Assembly (NCBI GenBank): GCA_023205875.1
Contig: CP060770.1
Location: 310,001-374,000 of the forward strand
DNA length: 64,000 bases
From: Chloropicon primus
Lineage: Eukaryota
Reading direction: 5' to 3'
The first letter of the stretch is position 1. Every line of letters starts with the position of its first letter. Position numbers and translations under genes: made by a program. The notes beneath the pieces are model-generated. The model searched no databases, was not told where the DNA came from, and worked only from the letters and a program-made list of their open reading frames with translations. Shown piece by piece: positions 34,126 through 44,466 of this stretch.

Positions 34126-34293
34126 TTTCTCTCTTTCAGTGGAAAGGAGAACTTGCCTTTGTGCTTCCAGTATTGACTGTGATTTCCCTACCGTCCTTTC
34201 GTGACTTTTCTGTGTGCTGTTTTTGATCTGATGTCTGAACACCATAACACTCCACCAGATCTTTCGTTTTCATCCTGGCCTGTTCCTCTTCTT

Positions 34294-34339
<46 letters not shown>

Positions 34340-34519
34340 CGCTCTCTCTCTGTCTCTCTGTGTGTGTTGAAATCCATCAGGAAGAGGGGCGGATGACGAT
34401 GCCATTGATGGATGGATGGCTTGGCTTGGTGGCGGTGCCTGGAGAGGTGGAGGGCACGGGCATCTCCCCCCCCTCCTCACTGCTCTCTCGGCTCGTTTCC
34501 GTGGCGACTCTTTTTTCTT

Positions 34520-37333
34520 TTAGTACAACATATTCTTAGTTTTCTCGAGCTGCTTGGACACGAGCTTGGTGTACGTCCCCTCGAGCTTCATGAGCGAGTC
34601 GTGGGTGCCCCTCTCTGTCACCACGCCCTTGTCCACGACGCAGATTTGGTTGGCGTTTACGACCGTGCTCAGCCTGTGGGCCACCAGAACGACCGTATAC
34701 TTGTGCTCCTTGCTCTCCAAGAGCTGATCGATGGACTCCTGCACGAGGGACTCGCTCTCCGCGTCGAGGGCGCTCGTTGCCTCGTCCAGCAGAAGGAGCT
34801 TGGGCTGGCGAAGCATCATCCGGGCGATGGCAATCCTCTGCTTCTGGCCACCGCTCAGCCTGACGCCCCTCTCCCCAATTCTCGTTTGGTATCCGCTAGG
34901 GAAGCTCGTGATGAAATCGTGGGCATTGGCAGCCTTGCACGCTGTGACGAGGTCCTCCTGGGTGTACTCTCCCTCCTCGCAGCCGTACAAAATGTTCTCC
35001 TCAATCGTTTTGGCGAACATCTGGGTCTCCTGGGAGACGTACCCCACGTGCTTGTGGAGAGCCTTCAGGTTGAAGCTCTGCAGCTCCCTCCCCCCGATCA
35101 GTATCTTGCCGTTCGTGGGGTCGTAATACCTTAAAATCAGGGATATCATCGTGGTCTTTCCGCAACCGGAGGGGCCGACAAGCGCACACACTTCGCTGGA
35201 CTCCATCTTGAGGTTGATGTTCTTCAAGACGACGACGTCAGGGCGCATCTGGTACACGAAAAAGACGTTCTGGAACTCCACGCTCCAGGACATCTGACTC
35301 GTAGCGACCACGCCCGAGCTCGGGTCAATGTCAGGCAAGGAATCCATCAAGCTCAGCACCCTTTGGGCCGCCCCAGCCGCCTTGGTGAACGAATTCATCA
35401 CGCCCTGCAAGGATTGGTAGCTCGACTGAATCATGTTCCAGAACCTCAGGTACGCATAGAGCATTCCGATGCTGATGGCCTTGCTCTCGTTCTTGCTCAT
35501 GACCAGGAGTCCCCCGTAAAGAAGAATCAGCGTGCTGGCACCGTAATCAATTAAGTTTGACAACAGTATCGTTCCCGCGTTGGCAAAGGCATCTCTGATT
35601 CCCCTCTTCAGAGCCTCCTTTGTTTCCTGCCTGTAACGCTTCAACTCCACGTCCTCGGTGCTGAAAGCACGGACCGTTCTGATGTTCGCCATGGCCTCCT
35701 GGGCGATCGAGTTGGCCATGCCAATGAAAGTGAAAATCTCTCTGTTCAACCTCTGCGAGAAGACCGCATACTTGGAAGTCAAGTGAATGATCGGGAGCAT
35801 CGTCGTGAAGGCAAGCATGGAGAGCCTCCAGGATATCACGAAACACATGATGAGCCCCCCAAAGAAGAAGAAAATGCTCTGCAGGGTGGAGCCAAGGAGG
35901 TTGCTGATCGGCTGAAGCATCGCGTTGCAGTCCCAACTCATGCGGGAAATGAGGTCCCCCGTCTGGGCAGCGTCATAAAACGCGATGTCCTGCCTTATTA
36001 TCCCCTCAAACAACCTGTTCCTCGTCAAAAATGACAGCCTCCGCTGCACCACTCTGAAGCACAAGCTCCGGCACGAGCCGAAAACCCCGGAAGCCAAGGA
36101 GAGAACGACAAAGATGCGAATGTTGTGAAGGAAGGAAGGGTGGTTCTCGTCCTTGATGGCATTGAACACGTGCCCACTGAAGATCGGGGACATCAAGTTC
36201 GTGCCAGAGGCAAGCAGCAGGGACATGAACGCGCACGCAAGGAGGCGCCACTCGCTTGACGCCAGCCACAGAGCCCTATTGAAGTACTCCATCGGCTTCA
36301 GAGTGACCTCACTCTCACTTCGGACACCCTTGTCACCCCTGACACCCCCCTCACCCTCCACCCTCGCTGTCTTGCTCCCCATGCACTTCATGCAAATATC
36401 AAAATCACAAGCCCAGCACCTGTACCCCTTCAGGATCCTCTTCCTGCACAAGTCGCACGTGTGTCCCGTATTCGCTTTGCTGAAGTACAGCGGGTGGCCG
36501 TGGACATCGGGCTTGTCGATTCCTTGCTCTTTGGCGAAGGACTCAATCATCATGCAGCAAAATATGGACTCTGCGTTTATGCAGATCACCGAAAGCACCA
36601 TGAGGGACGGAAAACTCAGCGAGTGCTTGAACGTGCTCACGTCGAAGCAGACCGCCTTGATGCCCGAGTACACCTGAAACAGAGTGCTGAGCCCAAAAAT
36701 CAGCGACTCCGCAATGATCTTGTTCCTGTTCGCACGCTTCACGTCCTTGTAGAAGTGCAAGGCCTCCGCAGCCTCGATCTCTTCCTTTATCCTCTGGTGA
36801 CCCTCACCGCTTCCCCTCTTCTTCCGGTTCCACAAGCCACAGCAGGCCCGGCGGCCGTTGCCCTCGTCGTCATCTGCCACCCGGCAGTGGTGGCCATTGC
36901 CAGCGTGGTGTGCCGCAATGGGGAGCAACGGCTGCCTCAGCGTGTGGTTTGGAGTCCCCCCGTCCCTCTTCGCCCCAAAGAACCCGCCCACGCCCCCTCC
37001 GTTCACAACCTCCTCCTCCGCTTCCGGCGCGGCGGCCTTCGTGCTTCCCGTCACGACTCCCACAAACGTTAGCAGAGGCAGCACGAACATCCTCACGAGG
37101 GCCAGCACCAGCAGGTCAAGGGCCAACTTTTCAAACAGCAAGCTCAGATCCCTCTTCTTCACAAAGTCTTTCCAGGTCTGTGGATGAGCTTTGAACGAGT
37201 TCTGTGTCAGCAAAGCACTCACAGTCACATCCAAGACAAGCGCCGCGAACAAAAACAAGGGAAGCAGCCTCTTCACTCCCTTGGACACCACCAGGGAGCT
37301 CTGGTCAACCGTCCTCTTCCTCCCTCGACCCAT
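34520..37333 (-). CDS. ABCB half-transporter (TAP/MDL-like) with an extra N-terminal TM region and a Cys/His zinc-finger-like segment
   Basis: Walker A GPSGCGKT, Q-loop GYVSQE, signature LSGGQKQRIAIAR, Walker B LLLLDEATSALD, H-loop VAHRLST; ABC membrane domain. Confidence 0.93.
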   Translation of the reverse strand: MGRGRKRTVDQSSLVVSKGVKRLLPLFLFAALVLDVTVSALLTQNSFKAHPQTWKDFVKKRDLSLLFEKLALDLLVLALVRMFVLPLLTFVGVVTGSTKAAAPEAEEEVVNGGGVGGFFGAKRDGGTPNHTLRQPLLPIAAHHAGNGHHCRVADDDEGNGRRACCGLWNRKKRGSGEGHQRIKEEIEAAEALHFYKDVKRANRNKIIAESLIFGLSTLFQVYSGIKAVCFDVSTFKHSLSFPSLMVLSVICINAESIFCCMMIESFAKEQGIDKPDVHGHPLYFSKANTGHTCDLCRKRILKGYRCWACDFDICMKCMGSKTARVEGEGGVRGDKGVRSESEVTLKPMEYFNRALWLASSEWRLLACAFMSLLLASGTNLMSPIFSGHVFNAIKDENHPSFLHNIRIFVVLSLASGVFGSCRSLCFRVVQRRLSFLTRNRLFEGIIRQDIAFYDAAQTGDLISRMSWDCNAMLQPISNLLGSTLQSIFFFFGGLIMCFVISWRLSMLAFTTMLPIIHLTSKYAVFSQRLNREIFTFIGMANSIAQEAMANIRTVRAFSTEDVELKRYRQETKEALKRGIRDAFANAGTILLSNLIDYGASTLILLYGGLLVMSKNESKAISIGMLYAYLRFWNMIQSSYQSLQGVMNSFTKAAGAAQRVLSLMDSLPDIDPSSGVVATSQMSWSVEFQNVFFVYQMRPDVVVLKNINLKMESSEVCALVGPSGCGKTTMISLILRYYDPTNGKILIGGRELQSFNLKALHKHVGYVSQETQMFAKTIEENILYGCEEGEYTQEDLVTACKAANAHDFITSFPSGYQTRIGERGVRLSGGQKQRIAIARMMLRQPKLLLLDEATSALDAESESLVQESIDQLLESKEHKYTVVLVAHRLSTVVNANQICVVDKGVVTERGTHDSLMKLEGTYTKLVSKQLEKTKNMLY

Positions 37334-37773
37334 CCCTCCCCCCTCTCTCTTCCTTTGCCAATCAATCAATCAATCAAAGCAACACAAAAACGAATCAATC
37401 CCTCCTCCGTCGCATCGAGTGACACGAAAACGATGGCAAGCGACAGATCGATCGAAAGAGAATAAATAGGAGATCACTTCGGTGGCGATCTCCCTCGCTC
37501 TCCCCCTCCGCCTCGCGCGCCCTCCCTCCCTCTCTCTCTCTCTGTGCCTCCTCTCTCTCACTCGAATCCTTTTCTCCCTCCTTGTCAAAACTTCCTCAGA
37601 GCGTTACTCGTGGCAAGCGACCGATCAATCGAAAGAGAATGAAGAGAGGCTTCCGATAATCCCGCCCTCCTCGACCCTCTCTCCCTCCCTCGTCCTCTCG
37701 CTCCTCCTGTTTCTCTCTCTCTCTCTCTCTCTCGCGCGCGAGCTATCCAGAGCCACAGGCCTCTCCGCACTGG

Positions 37774-38071
37774 GAGGTGGAGGGAGCGCGAGCGCTTGGT
37801 CGCGGTCCAGCGGTCGAGTTAGAGAGCTAGAGGAGAAGGGGGAAATACGAGGCGAAAGATCGTCGCGAGACCTTTCCATCGGTCCCTTGATCGACGCATT
37901 CGGCTGCCGGATCGGTCGAGGAGGCCGTGAAGAAGGTTCATCTGGAGGGTTTTGGAGGAGACGAGGTGACTTTGGACGGCGGAGAGGACAAGGGCAACGG
38001 CGGGGAAAGGGGAGGATATCGGTGTCATTCGAAGCGTCTTATCACGATCGTTCTGTAGACTGGTCACACGA
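37774..38071 (+). repeat. 298-bp dispersed repeat, copy 2 (inverted relative to 1747-2044)
   Basis: Reverse-complement near-identity to 1747-2044. Confidence 0.9.
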
Positions 38072-38326
38072 CTCGATTTCGTTCCGAAGGGAAAGATCGA
38101 GGGGGAGGAGAAGCACTTTGGTTCAGGCCAAAGGGGAGAGTTGCCTTGGGTATTGTGTTTGATCTCATGGCGTTCTTCGTTGGAGTGACTGGCACAATAA
38201 GCGGTGCATGGTCCAGCTGGCAGCGAGTTCCATTACGCGTGTCGTGACGCCGAATCGTTACTTTTCATTGGTGTCGCTGCGTAGCTCGAGGAGTGGACGG
38301 GACTGAACCAAACGAACGCGAACGAG

Positions 38327-40624
38327 ATGAGGAGGGAATGGAGTTTGAAGAATGAGAGGGGCAGAAGGGGCGGGTCTCGATCTTCTGGTTCCGGATCCTC
38401 CTCGTCGAGTCGTTCTCACGGCGGAAATTCGATCTTGCCTGACAACTGGGGGGACGGGGTTCCTGTCGTGGACGTGGGCAGCACTGCGGCCCAGTGGCCC
38501 AAGGTGTGCGCGGAGGAACACCACAAGGTCGAGTACACTTGTCTTCGAGGGTCCCTGGGGTGTTTCAGGTACGAAGTGGGCAAGCCGGAGGCCAAGTTCT
38601 TGGTCAGGGAGTACCTGGATGAGGACGTGCGCTCTCGATTCCGGAACACGACTTTGACGGAAAGGCAGGGTCTGAAGGTTGCAGCGAACAAGTCGCGGTT
38701 GAAGCAAGTCAAGTACATTTCAAGGCGCTTGATGTTGTCTCAGGACTTCATACCCAAGTCCATCGTAGAGGACGTGTCTGGGGACTCCGTCGCTCCTTAT
38801 GGAAACAGACTCGAAGTGGCTCCGGTCGACGCGGGCGGGCTATCTTGTGAGCCAGGGGGCTCCAGCGGGCTTCTCGCCTTCTACCCCAGAGGGCAACACA
38901 GCAGGGTGCTGGGAGCTTCCTTGGTCAATATGGGTGGGGGTCGTCATCGCGAAGAAAGCGAAGGCCTTTCGGGCAACGACAGTCGCGGAACGAGAGACGC
39001 AACACTTGATATGGGGATGACGATACATCAAGTGCAAGTGTACGACTACAGGCGGAGGTTCGGCGAAACGAGAAGCTTGATGTATGCCGCGAGAACAGCA
39101 AGCCACTTGTATTGCGGGAGGGTGAAATTCTCAAGCACGGCGGGCGAGTCATCATCCTCGTCAAACCTCTCATTGGAGCTCAGAAACTGTTTTTCGTTCG
39201 CCATGAAGTCATCCCTGCTGTCCCATGTGTGCTTGAGCCCACATTGGCCGGAAATAAGCTTTGGCACGTGCTGCGGCAAGGTGTGCAGCGTTGATCTAGA
39301 GGCCGTCCGCAGTGACGCCCGGACGAACGGGGTCAGAAATGCCGTAGCAGGAACAGTGCAGTTGAGAAGTAACGGCCCAGTATACCAGGCGTACGGGCTG
39401 CATCCGAGGACGCTGGTCTGCTGCTCTGAATCTTCGGTGCTTTGCACGGACTTGAGGTCCCCAGGCAGTGACAGGATGTACAGGCACAAAAAATGCAAGT
39501 ACAGCGGGGTAGAAAGGATGAGTTCCGAATCTGGCCTGTCCCTCTACTTCGCAGCTCTGAGCGACCAGGGGATCCACCTCTTTGACGAGAGGTACATGCA
39601 GCCACTGAGGATTTGGGCTGCGCCGAAGGGAAGCTATTTGCTCTCAAGTGCCTTGAAGCCCTTGTCCGTTGTGGATCCATCGTTGAGGGGGGAAGCGGGA
39701 CTCTTGGTTGCCTCTGGCGATGACTTGGCGGACAGTGTGTGCTATCCATTCTCCGCAAGGGAGGAAGAATCCTCATCGAGTGAGGAGTGTGTGGTGTCAC
39801 CGTTGCTGGACGTGCCTACCGTCTCCGCGCATGGCCCGGGTCTGCGTTTGGGGCACTCCTCGAGCAACACATGCACGGCGATGGACTCCGTGCGCTTGCT
39901 GGACTTCTTTGACTCGGTCAGGCATGGCGATTCCAGCCCTCTTCGTGCCACATCCCTGGGCAGGGACTCGCCAGATCCCAAAGTTTGCATCGGCTTGAAG
40001 GTGCTGAGCACGCGTGAAGAGGACAGGTTCCTGCTGTGCAGCCTTTCGAGCGACTTTGGAATCACGATTTCTTCCGCCACACTGAGGAAGGAAACGGATT
40101 TGTACCCCGAGGAAGAAAAGGATGCACTGCATTGCAGGCCCAACGTTGCTGCGCTCGAAGTTGCGGGCGGCGAAGGATCTGAATGTCCCGACGAGGAAAC
40201 AGAGCTTTTGACGTTGGAAAAGGCGTATGACCACGTCTCAGACGTGTCTGCTTACGAGGACCTCGGCGAGCTCACGAGACGCGTCGCTGGATTTAGGTAC
40301 CAGGTGTCCCAGAGGTATCCTCCAACGGCGTACGAGATTCTCCACGATAATCCTACCGGGCCCAGGGACGATGCGGAGCTCCTGCAGAGTCAGCAGCAAG
40401 CGGGGGTCTTGGGTGACCACCACCACTCCCAGCTCAAGGGCAGGTACGGGGGCTCCGAGTCGAGAATCTCGCCGGTTCACCCGGCGGTGGACGTCTTGTC
40501 CACCGTCTTGAAGCTGGATGAGGACGCCTTTTTTGGGACCGCCGCTTCCGCTCCGGCCCAAACCAAAGCGGAGAGGGAGAGCGTCCAGCAGATCTTGAGC
40601 AAAAGTTGGGACCAAGGGTGGTGA
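38327..40624 (+). CDS. Beta-propeller protein, probably TAF1C/RRN6-like (Pol I initiation factor)
   Basis: 765-aa ORF; HVCLSPHWPE, YGLHPRTL, TDLRS and FDERY resemble TAF1C-family blades. The ORF is solid; the family call is moderate. Confidence 0.55.
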   Translation: MRREWSLKNERGRRGGSRSSGSGSSSSSRSHGGNSILPDNWGDGVPVVDVGSTAAQWPKVCAEEHHKVEYTCLRGSLGCFRYEVGKPEAKFLVREYLDEDVRSRFRNTTLTERQGLKVAANKSRLKQVKYISRRLMLSQDFIPKSIVEDVSGDSVAPYGNRLEVAPVDAGGLSCEPGGSSGLLAFYPRGQHSRVLGASLVNMGGGRHREESEGLSGNDSRGTRDATLDMGMTIHQVQVYDYRRRFGETRSLMYAARTASHLYCGRVKFSSTAGESSSSSNLSLELRNCFSFAMKSSLLSHVCLSPHWPEISFGTCCGKVCSVDLEAVRSDARTNGVRNAVAGTVQLRSNGPVYQAYGLHPRTLVCCSESSVLCTDLRSPGSDRMYRHKKCKYSGVERMSSESGLSLYFAALSDQGIHLFDERYMQPLRIWAAPKGSYLLSSALKPLSVVDPSLRGEAGLLVASGDDLADSVCYPFSAREEESSSSEECVVSPLLDVPTVSAHGPGLRLGHSSSNTCTAMDSVRLLDFFDSVRHGDSSPLRATSLGRDSPDPKVCIGLKVLSTREEDRFLLCSLSSDFGITISSATLRKETDLYPEEEKDALHCRPNVAALEVAGGEGSECPDEETELLTLEKAYDHVSDVSAYEDLGELTRRVAGFRYQVSQRYPPTAYEILHDNPTGPRDDAELLQSQQQAGVLGDHHHSQLKGRYGGSESRISPVHPAVDVLSTVLKLDEDAFFGTAASAPAQTKAERESVQQILSKSWDQGW

Positions 40625-40799
40625 GTGGGGGCGTCCACTTCCTCTCCGTTTGTGTATACTATTCAGTCAGGTAAATGTGAACTACAGAAATGTGTAAGAG
40701 AAGATTGTACTTGCGTGTGTGCGCTCGCGCGCTCTTTGGCGCCGTTCAACTCGCAGCAAGTTCCCTTGGAATAGTTCCCCCCCTTCCCCCTCGACGTGA

Positions 40800-41612
40800 T
40801 CACTTCTTCTTTCTGCTCCTCGGCTTCGCGGCGTAGGTACCCTGGAGCCACTCTTCCCCGTTAGAGTCCACGGTACCCCTTTCCACCTTCTTCGCCTTCT
40901 TCGGGGCGGCCTTCTGCGCGGCGTGTCCCGCCGACTTGAACACGTCGGTGAAGATGTACAGCATGCCAAAGATCATCGCGCCGAAGACAGCGATGAGCAC
41001 GAAAAAGTCCATGTCAAACGCGGTTGCGTTGTCCACGAACTCGCAAGTCTCGTTGAACGCGACGTTCAGGTAACTGATTCCCTTGTCGAACTCGGTTGGA
41101 CTCTCCGGTGGGTCGAACAGGTAGCTGCACTGCACCTGGACAATCACCTGGAACTTCCTCGCTTGAAGCTCGCGGGCGGGCATGATCTTCAAGTGAAGGG
41201 ACTTGTCCTTCCCCTGCATCACCGTGTGGAACGGCTCGTAGTACGTGAAGTTCTGGATCACGGCAGAGGTGTCAAAGGGCGAAGTTATCTTCGCATCCAC
41301 ACCATAGCAAGAGAACCGTCCGTAGAGCTCCTCCTTGATCCTCGCTCCGGCGACCACCGTCGACAGCTCGCCGACGGGGAACGTCAAATCCTGATTCTTG
41401 GGAAAGTAAGCGTAGAGCTCCACGTTTCCAGGAGCGAACGCCTCATTCAACTTTTGCATCTGTTCCTCCCTCCTCCTCATGAACTCCTCGTTGTCACTCT
41501 CTTCCTGGCACGAAGCCAAGCTCGCAAGCGCGCTCAACGCGACGAGCGTTACGACAAAGGCGTGCCTTGTAACGCTCGTCCTCCTCGACGACAGCGACGA
41601 CGACGACGACAT
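40800..41612 (-). CDS. SSR1: Translocon-associated protein alpha (TRAP-alpha)
   Basis: Signal peptide, IQNFT, FNETCEFV, a single TM, and C-terminal KVERGT...EEWLQGT typical of plant TRAP-alpha. Confidence 0.8.
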   Translation of the reverse strand: MSSSSSLSSRRTSVTRHAFVVTLVALSALASLASCQEESDNEEFMRRREEQMQKLNEAFAPGNVELYAYFPKNQDLTFPVGELSTVVAGARIKEELYGRFSCYGVDAKITSPFDTSAVIQNFTYYEPFHTVMQGKDKSLHLKIMPARELQARKFQVIVQVQCSYLFDPPESPTEFDKGISYLNVAFNETCEFVDNATAFDMDFFVLIAVFGAMIFGMLYIFTDVFKSAGHAAQKAAPKKAKKVERGTVDSNGEEWLQGTYAAKPRSRKKK

Positions 41613-42367
41613 GGTGGAAAAAGGATTCCTTATTCCGTTCGATCGAAGAACCTTCTCGAGCACGAAGCATGCGTGAACAGGAGAGAAAATCTTTCGTTTC
41701 AGTGGACGAGACCCTTCAAGAGAGGGTTCGCTGGAAAGAGCATGAGACGAGGATTCCAGTGATCCGTCGCTTCGTGTGTTTCTCTCGCGAACAAAGGGAA
41801 GAAATCATCGCTGAACTCACCTTCCTTTCCTTCCCGACGAACGGAGTGTGCACCGCGTTCTCTGAGGCGCCGTCGTTGATTTTTTTTCTTTCTATTTAAA
41901 ATCGGGCGATATTTCCATACACGCAAATGTGAAACTAAATCAACCGCAAACACGCCAGATCTACTTTCAAAGTAATGTTAAATGTAAGACTACATTTCAT
42001 ATTTGGAAATGTTACCAAGTCGGGGAATCTACTCTACGTGTATTTCATATTTGAAGTTGAGATTTCTTTAGATCGGGGAAGAAGAGATCTCGACCGGTGG
42101 TCGACAGTCAAAGGGGCTCTCGTGGCGACTTTGACGGGAGGTAGAGGACGAACCGCGACGACTCTGCGAACGATACCTGCATATTTGGAAAGATAATCGT
42201 GCGAGCGTTCGATTGATACCTTGATTGACCCATTTGGTGCTCTGTTGCGTTCCCTGCGTCCGATTGATTCGCCGCCAACGCACGCTAGGAGAGCCGAGAG
42301 GGGAGGGAGTATTGTGGCGTTAGCCCACCGTAACGGCACGTCGTAACGGCCGCGTCCTCGTTGTGCG

Positions 42368-43585
42368 ATGAGGCAAGTCGCAAGGAGGTCAAATGTGGTT
42401 GGGTTTGGAGCGGGACGCCGCGAAGGGAACGGGATGGGTCTCGTCGGAGGCAGAAGCCAACGGAGGCTGAGACTGGAGTCTCTGGCACGGAGAAGGCATT
42501 CGACGTCTTCGACGCTCCGCACGTGTCGCTCCTCCTCGAGCGACGCGGTGGAGAGCGTCAATGAATTGGGCGGAGCCGAAACCGCTTCGGCTTCTCCGCC
42601 TCCAATCGATTCGTCGTCGAAGGAGAAGAAGAAGAAGTCGAGCGCGCTCGTTTCGAGGATCGTCACAGCTCTCGTGCTCGGGAGCATCGCTGGCTACGTC
42701 ATTCTGGGTGGAGGGACGTTGTACGCCATCTTCATCGGGTTCATCGTCCTGCAGTGCTCCTTGGAGTACATCGGGCTGATGACGTCGAAGAACCTTCCCA
42801 AGGGCGTGAGGGCACCGCCGACGCTTGTGCGGCGGACCATGTCGCTCATCTCCGTGGGAATGGTGGCGGCGGCTCAGCAGGGGATCCGGACGGGCGTCTT
42901 TGAGGCGGCCTCCTTCGTCCTTCTCTCGATGCTCCTCGTCCGCAGGTCGATGAAGAAGAAGCCGAAGAAGAAGAAGGTGAAGTTCTCCGAGCTCACCATG
43001 CTCGTGTTCGGGCTCTTTTACTGCGGGTACCTCCCGACCTTCTGGGTGAGGCTGAGGGGGGTGAGCGCGATGCACGCCGTGCCGCCGCCGGAGCTCGTGG
43101 CCAAGTTCCTGAGCTGGGTGAAAGTGGAGTGGACCGTGGGGCTCCTCGCCACCTTCATGAGCGCAGCCACGGTCGTCGCCGCGGACACCGGGGCCTTCAT
43201 CGGAGGAAAGCTCATGGGAAGCAGGCCGCTCATCTCGATTTCTCCGAACAAGACCGTGGAAGGCGCTGGCTGGGGCTTCTTCGCGTCGCTGTCCGTGGCC
43301 CTCGCCTTCAACTACTGGTTCAGGTTTCCTGGAAACGTCTCCATGGCCTTTGGGTTCGCCGTCGCCGTCTACGCCGCCAGCGTGTTTGGCGACCTCATCG
43401 AGTCCTCCATGAAGAGGGCGGCGGGGAAGAAGGATTCGGGCAAGCTCCTTCCGGGTCACGGGGGGCTCCTCGACAGGTTCGACTCGTACATCTTCACCGG
43501 CGTCTTGGCCTACGGGCTGGTGTACTGGTACTACTACTTTATGGGCACCCCGCTGACCCAGCTTATCATCGCACCCCCGAGGTGA
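42368..43585 (+). CDS. cdsA: Phosphatidate cytidylyltransferase (CDP-DAG synthase), plastid type
   Basis: ADTGAFIGG, ISPNKTVEG, GDLIESSMKRAAGKKDSGKLLPGHGGLLDRFDS. Confidence 0.95.
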   Translation: MRQVARRSNVVGFGAGRREGNGMGLVGGRSQRRLRLESLARRRHSTSSTLRTCRSSSSDAVESVNELGGAETASASPPPIDSSSKEKKKKSSALVSRIVTALVLGSIAGYVILGGGTLYAIFIGFIVLQCSLEYIGLMTSKNLPKGVRAPPTLVRRTMSLISVGMVAAAQQGIRTGVFEAASFVLLSMLLVRRSMKKKPKKKKVKFSELTMLVFGLFYCGYLPTFWVRLRGVSAMHAVPPPELVAKFLSWVKVEWTVGLLATFMSAATVVAADTGAFIGGKLMGSRPLISISPNKTVEGAGWGFFASLSVALAFNYWFRFPGNVSMAFGFAVAVYAASVFGDLIESSMKRAAGKKDSGKLLPGHGGLLDRFDSYIFTGVLAYGLVYWYYYFMGTPLTQLIIAPPR

Positions 43586-43824
43586 GGTGTGGTTCCTTGG
43601 GGAGGAGAAGACTTTGGGAAGGAAGGGCCAGCTCGGCCAGGGGGGCACAAAGTATTTGTAATCTACTCCCTCGACGCACGCATGGCGCGCCAAGGAAACG
43701 ACGGCGTTTTTCGTTGCGAAAAAACAACAACAACCAAGTTATGAAAGAATAAACTCTAAGTGATACACACACACACACACAAAACTTGAAAACTTGAAAA
43801 CTTGCCAAGGCGGGCAATCGTCCG

Positions 43825-44466
43825 TCAGTCGTTCACGACGATTTCCCTTTCCTCGTTGCGCCACTGGTTGTAACCGCCGTCCAGGAACCTGATCTTCTCG
43901 TAACCCAAACCTATCATATCGTAAGCCGCCATCAGGGACCTGCTCTGCGCCCTGCTCTGGGACTTCTGGTCCGGGTTGAGCGTCCCGCCCGTGCTGCAAA
44001 TCAAAACGATCTCGTCCTTGGCATCCGTCAGAGCTTGGAGGTCGCTCTCAAACTTGTCATTGTACTCTGTTCCATTGAAAATCCCGAAGAAAGCAAACGT
44101 TGCTTTTCTTGCGCACTGCTGCGGAGACCACCCGTCGATGAGCTTGTACAGGGGCACGTTCAAGCTTCCCTCGATGTGCCCTGCGTCGTACTCCTCCGAA
44201 GGCCTCACATCAATGAGCAGGGCACCTCTCCTCCTCAGTCCATCAATATCAGATCCCAGAACCTCCCTCACCCTCTTCTCCTTCAGAGCCTTGTACTGGA
44301 TCTTCCAAGCCTTGGGTGAAGTCGGTCGGTTCCCATCAATGAGCCTACCTCCTCCCGGAGACATCGCGGCACTCACTCGAGAAACGTAACGCCTCCCACC
44401 CCCTCTCCTCCCCTTGAGACATCCACGAACATCCCACTGCCTCGCAGTCAACCTCACCATCTCCAT
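43825..44466 (-). CDS. Rhodanese-like domain protein, plastid (STR14-like)
   Basis: LIDVRPSEEYDAGHIEGSLNVP, FAFFGIFNGTEYN, CSTGGTL...QSRSLMAAY, LDGGY. Confidence 0.88.
   Translation of the reverse strand: MEMVRLTARQWDVRGCLKGRRGGGRRYVSRVSAAMSPGGGRLIDGNRPTSPKAWKIQYKALKEKRVREVLGSDIDGLRRRGALLIDVRPSEEYDAGHIEGSLNVPLYKLIDGWSPQQCARKATFAFFGIFNGTEYNDKFESDLQALTDAKDEIVLICSTGGTLNPDQKSQSRAQSRSLMAAYDMIGLGYEKIRFLDGGYNQWRNEEREIVVND

Noticed and set aside
41880..42070. AT-rich patch with ATTTCATATTTG repeated twice; possible snoRNA/ncRNA
   Set aside because: No convincing C/D or H/ACA boxes or stable stems; it fits a nucleosome-depleted divergent promoter between TRAP-alpha and CDS.
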